Shown: positions 63,325 to 64,000 of the stretch, piece by piece
Position numbering within the stretch: position 1 is the first letter of the stretch
Layout: each line of letters begins with the position of its first letter
Assembly: GCA_964658305.1 (NCBI GenBank)
Contig: OZ210885.1
Span: 6,944,001-7,008,000, forward strand
Direction of reading: 5' to 3'
Length of the DNA: 64,000 nucleotides
From: Leptogorgia sarmentosa
Taxonomy: Eukaryota
Notes under the pieces: model-generated
The model's input: only the letters and a program-made list of their open reading frames with translations
Told to the model about the DNA's origin: nothing
The model's database searches: none
Translations under genes and position numbers: made by a program

Positions 63325-64000
63325 ATTCCCTAGCCCTATTATTTCGTTTAAATTTGGAAATTAAGTTGACATATTTTATCAAATTAATAGGGTTTATATT
63401 AGCTGTCTCGCGTTTGTGCCACTTTCTGGTATAAAAATTCACGTTATAAAAAAAAGAACTTTTTTAAAATTTTCCAGCAAAATTTTGGATTCTAACTTAG
63501 ATTATAAGTTTCTTATTCACGTCTGAAGTTCACAAATCGTTCAAACTGTACGAAAAATCTGTATTTTAAGAATAAATGTTGCCTTGTATATGTTTTCCTA
63601 TTGTTTTTGTTATATATCTCGCGCAATGCAGTTGGCTGAGGCGAGTATAATTAATTCAAGTGGCGACGATTTCAGGCGATGATTTGGAATTAACATGCAC
63701 CATTGAGTTTTGCAAAGATCTCAAATTAGAAACAGTCCCAAAGACGAGTGCAACTGGAGGTCGTTGGAAACCTCGCGAGTGCATTTTTATCCGAATTTAC
63801 GAGAAACCACACTATTACAAGTTAATAGTTTGCAGAAAAGTATTGGAGACAACTGTCGTTTTTTCCGTTATAAGAAAAAGATAAAAGCTATATTTGCGAA
63901 CCGAAGATAATTTTTGCTTTGCATAGCGCGGCAGCCATGTTTGTTTTGTTTTGATGCAAACTGTAGCTTGAGCTTTAATTTGATTGGTTTAAAGTAATAA

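Larger units (their letters stand above)
62320..64000. repeat. Start of a third copy of the tRNA-cluster unit (matches from ~8020)
   Basis: Collinear Gly-Glu-Trp-Glu-Trp' order and matching flanks. Confidence 0.9.

Overview
AT-rich animal genomic DNA with GT-AG introns. The repeat landscape suggests an anthozoan cnidarian or similar marine invertebrate (inference). The window is a rearranged, segmentally duplicated locus with two interleaved components. (1) Four paralogues of a multi-exon gene whose exons I could assemble by splice phase: signal peptide, PAN/Apple-like domain, 0, 3 or 5 calcium-binding EGF repeats, and a C-terminal TLDc domain. Copy A (+ strand) is cut by the window start; copies B and C (- strand) look intact. 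Copy D (- strand) has a different N-terminal half, no EGFs, and a last exon disrupted by a 241-nt intronless fragment of hydroxyacid-oxidase coding sequence. (2) Three copies of a mixed tRNA gene cluster, about 40 genes and pseudogenes in total. Many MITEs/non-autonomous DNA transposons and LINE relics are present, several with empty sites in the duplicated copy. The most notable signals are an apparently secreted TLDc family, amino-acid divergence concentrated in its terminal exon, exon shuffling, a conserved 10-nt micro-exon and the mRNA-like insertion. Coordinates were counted by hand and may be off by a few bases.
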